64,000 nt of DNA from a virus: positions 129,747-193,746 of the IMG/VR virus record IMGVR_UViG_3300022602_000029; one strand, written 5' to 3'. Below the pieces are notes generated by a model, which did not search any database, was not told where the DNA came from, and saw only the letters and a list, made by a program, of their open reading frames with translations. Each line of letters begins with the position of its first letter. Within the stretch, counting starts at the first letter, position 1. Position numbers and translations under genes: made by a program. Positions 59,690 through 64,000 of this stretch are shown one piece after another.

Positions 59690-59802
59690 CTTGGTACAAA
59701 CAGCGTACCAGCGTAGCAGAGTTTAGACATAGTCGGGCGAGACTTTCTGTTTGGGTCGTCAGGTTGGCAACAGTCCGAAAATTGTTGCGTTTGGAAAAAG
59801 AT

Positions 59803-59925
59803 ATGTGCGAGATCGAATGGTATTACAAATTCTCAGTTTATTTTACTTTAACTGTGTTCATGGGTGTTCCTTTATTTTCAATAATTTTAGTATTGAGACA
59901 TCTATTCGTAAATCAAAAAGGTTGA
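59803..59925 (+). CDS. possible 40-aa TM peptide
   Basis: MCEIEWYYKFSVYFTLTVFMGVPLFSIILVLRHLFVNQKG; weak RBS. Confidence 0.35.
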   Translation: MCEIEWYYKFSVYFTLTVFMGVPLFSIILVLRHLFVNQKG

Positions 59926-59950
59926 CATATCCTTCCAGATAGTGTAACAT
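59922..59950 (+). promoter_or_regulatory. sigma70-type promoter of the tmRNA gene
   Basis: TTGACA-17 nt-TAACAT. Confidence 0.75.
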
Positions 59951-59956
59951 ACAAGT

Positions 59957-60273
59957 ATTCGTTGAAGGTAGAAGTATAGAGGGCAAGACGCCGGGGCAGT
60001 ACCGGCCAGGTCCACCACAAGCACATTGATTAAGTCTGCGGTATTGGCAACAGTATTTGGTCTACCGAAGCGGTAGGGTAAGTGTGCTTTTGATGGGCCT
60101 GCACTAGTATCGATTGACTCTGGAGGGCTACTGGAGAATCGGCAAAGCAGAAGCCGTAGGATTGGGGTAACCCGGTCGTAGAAGCAAAACCTTTAAATGC
60201 AAACGATGAAGTTTTCGCATTGGCAGCCTAAACGCCGCCTAGGGTAAGACATACCTCGTAACAGAAACTCAGG
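59957..60273 (+). ncRNA. ssrA: circularly permuted two-piece tmRNA (outer ends approximate)
   Basis: acceptor piece ends GCCGG-GGCAGTA-CCGGC-CAGGTCC-ACCA (60017); intervening segment 60018-60094; coding piece starts GGGCCTG (60095) and pairs to give G3-U70; tag frame 60199-60231 reads ANDEVFALAA-stop. Confidence 0.93.
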
Positions 60274-60296
60274 ACCCGCTTCGGCGGGTTTCTTTT
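60274..60296 (+). terminator. intrinsic terminator after tmRNA
   Basis: acccgc-TTCG-gcgggt then ttctttt. Confidence 0.9.
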
Positions 60297-60393
60297 GGCA
60301 AAAATACCTCTTTACAAGCGACCATTAAGTATATATACTAAATATTCTGCTGGAGTAATCCAGTATTTTTTTAATATTAAAAGGAAATCGAAA

Positions 60394-60852
60394 ATGAAGA
60401 AAACTCTATTAGCCGCGCTATTAGCTACTCTAGCAATTAGTGCATCAGCATTAGAAATCGGTGTAGTAGGCAGTGGTGAGTTTGTAAAAGGTTCACACAC
60501 TCCAGTAGATGGTATGGGTTTGACATTAGGTCAACACTTTGGCGCTTTCAGTGCAACAGTTGAAGCAGATCGCCAATCGACTACTAACGTAAACAAATAT
60601 AGCCTAATCGGTGGTTATGATGTTGCTACAGTAGCCGGCGCGACAGTTACAGCTAAGGCCGGTGTTGGATACAATGACAACCAAGCTGTTGTTCATAGCA
60701 ATCGTTATTTTGCTTTAGTTGGCGCAGGTATTAGTTATCCAGTAACTAAATCTGTTGCTGTAACAGCTGACTATCGTTATCAAGCTGATCGTAATCCAGT
60801 ACATCAACTTGATGGTAGCACAGTATTAGTTGGTGCTAAGTATTCATTCTAA
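60394..60852 (+). CDS. small outer-membrane beta-barrel protein (OmpA-TM/OmpX/Lom-like)
   Basis: signal peptide MKKTLLAALLATLAISASA, amphipathic strands, C-terminal GAKYSF beta-signal; RBS aagga; TAAATA at 60339. Confidence 0.8.
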   Translation: MKKTLLAALLATLAISASALEIGVVGSGEFVKGSHTPVDGMGLTLGQHFGAFSATVEADRQSTTNVNKYSLIGGYDVATVAGATVTAKAGVGYNDNQAVVHSNRYFALVGAGISYPVTKSVAVTADYRYQADRNPVHQLDGSTVLVGAKYSF

Positions 60853-60870
60853 TCTATCAGGTTAGTCATC

Positions 60871-60898
60871 ATAGGGCTCTTCGGAGCCCTATCTTTTT
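60871..60898 (+). terminator. intrinsic terminator after the OMP gene
   Basis: atagggctc-TTCG-gagccctat then cttttt. Confidence 0.9.
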
Positions 60899-60959
60899 CT
60901 ATATAGATAATGACTAATACAGTTATTAGAAAATACAATAGCTTTTACCTATAAAATCC

Positions 60960-60988
60960 TTGATTTCAATAGTAAATACTATTACAAT
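60960..60988 (+). promoter_or_regulatory. sigma70-type promoter of ahpC
   Basis: TTGATT-17 nt-TACAAT; ATAG-N7-CTAT box at 60938-60952 just upstream. Confidence 0.65.
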
Positions 60989-61047
60989 ATTATATCAGCG
61001 TAAACACTGATACGCAGTTTTTCATTCACACACATAAGGAGATTAAT

Positions 61048-61587
61048 ATGAAAACAATCGGAGATAAACTTACATCATTTGCTGTAACAGGCGTTAAGCC
61101 AGGACAGCCAACAGACGCTTTCTTTGATATCACAGAGCAGAGCTTTGAAGGAAAGTGGAAAGTTATCGTGTTTTATCCAAAGGATTTTACATTCGTATGC
61201 CCCACAGAAATCGTAGCATATGATAAACTTAACAGTGATTTTGAAGATCGTGACGCAGTTCTATTAACAGGTAGCACAGACAATGAGTTCTGTAAACTAG
61301 CATGGCAAAAATCACATCCAGACTTGATCAACATCAAACACAACCAATTCGCAGACACACAGCGTGGTGAGTTGAGTTTAGCTGAACAACTTGGTGTATT
61401 CTATGCGCCAGCGGGTGCCGCACTACGTGCCACATTTATTGTTGATCCAGACAATACAATCCAACACGTTACTGTCAACAACTTGGATGTGGGTCGTAGC
61501 CCAGAAGAAACTCTGCGTATTCTTGACGCATTACAAACTGGCGAACTATGTGCCTGCAATCGAGTAGTAGGCGGAGAGACGCTCTAA
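61048..61587 (+). CDS. ahpC: peroxiredoxin AhpC
   Basis: FYPKDFTFVCPTEI, LRATFIVDP, GELCACN. Confidence 0.95.
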   Translation: MKTIGDKLTSFAVTGVKPGQPTDAFFDITEQSFEGKWKVIVFYPKDFTFVCPTEIVAYDKLNSDFEDRDAVLLTGSTDNEFCKLAWQKSHPDLINIKHNQFADTQRGELSLAEQLGVFYAPAGAALRATFIVDPDNTIQHVTVNNLDVGRSPEETLRILDALQTGELCACNRVVGGETL

Positions 61588-62213
61588 TGTTGAAAATCCA
61601 AAATTCTAACTTAGAGCCGTTAGGCTATTACAATAAACCATGCGATGAGTCTAAACTAAGTGATAATCCCACTTATCTCATGGCTCCGAATGGTTTTAGT
61701 TTAACTGAATTAGAAATTGAATTGGTCCGAGCTGCCGGTGGTAGTTTTTATAGCGAAACAGATATAGCACAAAAAACTGACTGGTTTGTACAAACACCTG
61801 ATGCTAAAGAAGGTGTAGTAATGAACCACAGTTTTATGCTCTATCGCAGAGGTTACGAAGGAGAAGCTAGCGATCAGTTATGGAAGATGTCCGCTACTGA
61901 TCCTAGAATCCATAGAATATTACAACAGAGACCTCGTTGGGGGCTAGATATCAGTTTAGAATACATATTGGCGGATGGCACAATGATTGAAATATTACAT
62001 TGGGAATATGATGCCGATCAATGGGAACCCATTGAAGAACTAAGGCAGTTGTATGAACCAAAAATATTATCTATCGATTGGGAAGATGGCGCTCGCGAAA
62101 TGTTGAAACGAAAAGACGAATGGCACCATCTAGGATGGTTCCCTCAAAGCAAATACAAATGTGATTACTTTGGATTTGTACCGGAAAACTTTGGACAGGT
62201 ACTTTGGAAATAG
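61587..62213 (+). CDS. hypothetical protein between ahpC and ahpD
   Basis: TAATG-coupled start at 61587; Trp-rich 208 aa. Confidence 0.7.
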   Translation: MLKIQNSNLEPLGYYNKPCDESKLSDNPTYLMAPNGFSLTELEIELVRAAGGSFYSETDIAQKTDWFVQTPDAKEGVVMNHSFMLYRRGYEGEASDQLWKMSATDPRIHRILQQRPRWGLDISLEYILADGTMIEILHWEYDADQWEPIEELRQLYEPKILSIDWEDGAREMLKRKDEWHHLGWFPQSKYKCDYFGFVPENFGQVLWK

Positions 62214-62222
62214 GAGATATAA

Positions 62223-62729
62223 ATGAGTTTTAATGAAACGATCAAAGGCGCTTTACCAGATTACGCAAAGGATACTAAGTTAAACTTAGATGCTGTCCTA
62301 TTACGTAGTACTTTGGATGCAGATGTAGCTATGGGGTGTGCTGTAGCCGCACTTGCCGCAACTGGTAACGGTAAAGTATTAAGTATCTTGTTAGCAGATG
62401 CTCCAGTACATGCAGAGTCAGCAATGACAGCCGCAAGCATCATGGCACAGAACAATGTATGGTATCCATATGTTGAAATGGCTGATGACGAACAGCTAAA
62501 AGGTTTGCCAGCACAGTTACGTATGAACGCAATCGCAAGTCATGGTGGAACTACAAAGGCAAACTTTGAAGCATTTAGTCTTGCGGCCAGTATTGTGGGC
62601 AAGTGTCATTTCTGCGTAAAGGCTCACTACGACACATTGAAGAAGGAAGGCTACACAGTAGAAAATCTTCGAGATATTGGTCGCATTGCCGCAGTAATGA
62701 ATTCTGTTGCCAAGGTTTTAAATAGCTGA
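62223..62729 (+). CDS. ahpD: alkyl hydroperoxide reductase AhpD
   Basis: LPDYAKDTKLNL, MAQNNVWY, FEAFSLAASIVGKCHFCV (CxxC). Confidence 0.92.
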   Translation: MSFNETIKGALPDYAKDTKLNLDAVLLRSTLDADVAMGCAVAALAATGNGKVLSILLADAPVHAESAMTAASIMAQNNVWYPYVEMADDEQLKGLPAQLRMNAIASHGGTTKANFEAFSLAASIVGKCHFCVKAHYDTLKKEGYTVENLRDIGRIAAVMNSVAKVLNS

Positions 62730-62767
62730 TCATACTTTAGTATTACTTTAAATGGTAAAATCGTCGA

Positions 62768-62796
62768 TTGACATTTTACCATTTTCCTTTTATAAT
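62768..62796 (+). promoter_or_regulatory. consensus sigma70 (early) promoter
   Basis: TTGACA-17 nt-TATAAT followed by aaggagg RBS. Confidence 0.9.
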
Positions 62797-62814
62797 AATA
62801 CAAAGGAGGCGCAT

Positions 62815-63141
62815 ATGTCGTCAATAAAAACGCTTGAGAGTTTAGGTGAGTTCTGTAAACAGAATTCTGGTGATTTCCAAATCTGGTCTGGCAAGAGCGG
62901 AACTTATTATTGGAATGTTGGACGTAGCACGCCCGGCGGATTAGTAAATGGTGTGGTACGTAAGTTAGCAGGTACTGATGCTAGTGGGACCAAGATTTGG
63001 ACAGTAGCAGGATCATTCAAGATCGCCGATGATGGTACTATTCTACGTTTTACGGGACTAGCCAAAAAAGATCAAACATTGATTTCTAGCCTAGGATCTG
63101 TTAAAATCAAAGCTGAACAACTAGTTAAAGAAACGGTATAA
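62815..63141 (+). CDS. hypothetical protein (108 aa)
   Basis: ATG 62815 follows the promoter and RBS; the track's upstream extension overlaps the promoter. Confidence 0.75.
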   Translation: MSSIKTLESLGEFCKQNSGDFQIWSGKSGTYYWNVGRSTPGGLVNGVVRKLAGTDASGTKIWTVAGSFKIADDGTILRFTGLAKKDQTLISSLGSVKIKAEQLVKETV

Positions 63142-63144
63142 ACT

Positions 63145-63537
63145 ATGACGATGCATCTACATCACCCTAGCCTTAGTCTCACCGGTAAGAAAAAAGGTAA
63201 AGTTAAGTTTCGCAACGCCGATGAAGCACGCAAGGCACGAGAGCTTGACGCCAGCTGGAAAGATCTAAAGAAAAACTGGGGTGTTGAAGAAGAACAACGT
63301 CGTAGGACCAGGGCTATGTCAGCTGAAACGTTGACCTATAAACTAAGTACTCCTGTTGGACGTACTACAGGCCACAGTATTCCTAGCCTTAACTCTGGAG
63401 CTGGCGTAGCTACATTGGCGCCAGCAAAGGTATATACTGGTACTAAAGTAAAAGGTATCGCTACCATGCATAAGAGTAACGCTGTTCCTGTTTTCAGTGA
63501 CGAAGAGGCTATTGATATTTCTAGGATGAGAAGATAA
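63145..63537 (+). CDS. basic hypothetical phage protein
   Basis: 130 aa; YTGT..KGIATMHKSNAVPVF C-terminal motif. Confidence 0.7.
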   Translation: MTMHLHHPSLSLTGKKKGKVKFRNADEARKARELDASWKDLKKNWGVEEEQRRRTRAMSAETLTYKLSTPVGRTTGHSIPSLNSGAGVATLAPAKVYTGTKVKGIATMHKSNAVPVFSDEEAIDISRMRR

Positions 63538-64000
63538 TGAAACCAACATTAAATGATAAACTTATAGCATACCTAGCCCTTATAAGTGGCTTGAGTATCA
63601 GCGGTATCGCTGAATACTATTCTATCATGGGACTGATAGCTATCTATCCTGCTATGATAGTTCCTGTAGTGATTATGGGAGGAGTTATCGGTCTAGGCAA
63701 GATAAGCGGGTTGATATGGCTAAAACAAAACTGGGAATGGAGTCCTAGATTTATCAAAGCCTATCTTGTTCCTTGTATAGCTGTAATGATGTTTATAACA
63801 TCGGTGGGATGTTTTGGTTTCTTAAGCAAAGCCCATAGTGATCAGACCTTGGTCAGTGGAGATGTACAGGCTAAGATAGCAGTATATGATGAAAAGATTA
63901 AAGTAGAAAAGGATAATATAGATGCGAATAGGAAGGTCCTCGGACAACTTGATGCGGCAGTGGATCAGATTATGGCACGCTCGGACGACGAGAAAGGTGC
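63537..64000 (+). CDS. membrane protein, truncated by the window end (not in track)
   Basis: TAATG-coupled; open to 64000; MKPTLNDKLIAYLALISG... with about three hydrophobic segments then a charged coiled-coil. Confidence 0.75.
   Translation, partial: MKPTLNDKLIAYLALISGLSISGIAEYYSIMGLIAIYPAMIVPVVIMGGVIGLGKISGLIWLKQNWEWSPRFIKAYLVPCIAVMMFITSVGCFGFLSKAHSDQTLVSGDVQAKIAVYDEKIKVEKDNIDANRKVLGQLDAAVDQIMARSDDEKG

Noticed and set aside
59738-59762. Hammerhead ribozyme on the minus strand (CUGACGA...GAAA)
   Set aside because: The bases between the core motifs (cccaaaca) cannot form stem II.
59755-59780. SRP (4.5S) RNA domain IV
   Set aside because: CAGG-stem-GNRA is present but the required downstream AGCAG is missing.
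59751-59942. 63-aa track ORF
   Set aside because: TTG start with no RBS; it overlaps the tmRNA promoter and a structured non-coding segment.
59980-60017. tRNA-Ala gene
   Set aside because: There is no anticodon arm, and the 5' acceptor strand lies downstream with a tag ORF, so this is tmRNA. No tRNA was recognised in the window.
1-64000. Stop-codon reassignment (TAG or TGA) as in some jumbo phages
   Set aside because: Recognisable genes are full length under the standard code, and TAG/TGA end genes at coupled junctions (e.g. 43398, 62213, 21757).

Overview
This window is a fragment of a large (jumbo-type) tailed dsDNA phage genome with T4-superfamily-like traits: a recurrent TAAATA late-promoter motif, gp9/10-like baseplate N-termini, and nrdA-HNH-nrdB. 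The host is probably a Gram-negative proteobacterium, inferred from host-like iscU/erpA/iscA, ahpC/ahpD, an outer-membrane beta-barrel and an ...ALAA tmRNA tag. Layout: (1) 1-21 kb, an AT-rich, tightly coupled biosynthetic-type cluster. It encodes five complete radical SAM enzymes plus the Cys-rich tail of a probable sixth, two U32-family proteins, two 2OG-Fe(II) oxygenases, a flavin-dependent halogenase inserted between split transketolase halves, glycosyltransferase-like proteins, epimerases, a cytidylyltransferase, two deacetylases and a sulfotransferase. It also contains a 33-Cys protein ending in (CTCNCNY)x4 fused to a self-cleaving peptidase S74 chaperone. (2) 21-25 kb, Fe-S assembly genes, ATP-dependent ligase, IF-1 and an HNH nuclease. 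(3) 25-39 kb, tail/baseplate fibre genes. (4) 39-53 kb, a secreted nuclease, a Csp protein, putative internal head proteins, a leftward mini-ORF/GNAT cassette, an exonuclease and a tailspike-like gene. (5) 53-64 kb, class Ia RNR with a homing endonuclease, glutaredoxin, a circularly permuted two-piece tmRNA, an OMP and ahpC-orf-ahpD. The best candidates for something new are the radical-SAM / Cys-repeat-S74 virion-protein tailoring system and the phage-borne two-piece tmRNA. All product calls come from motif recognition by eye; no database searches were run.
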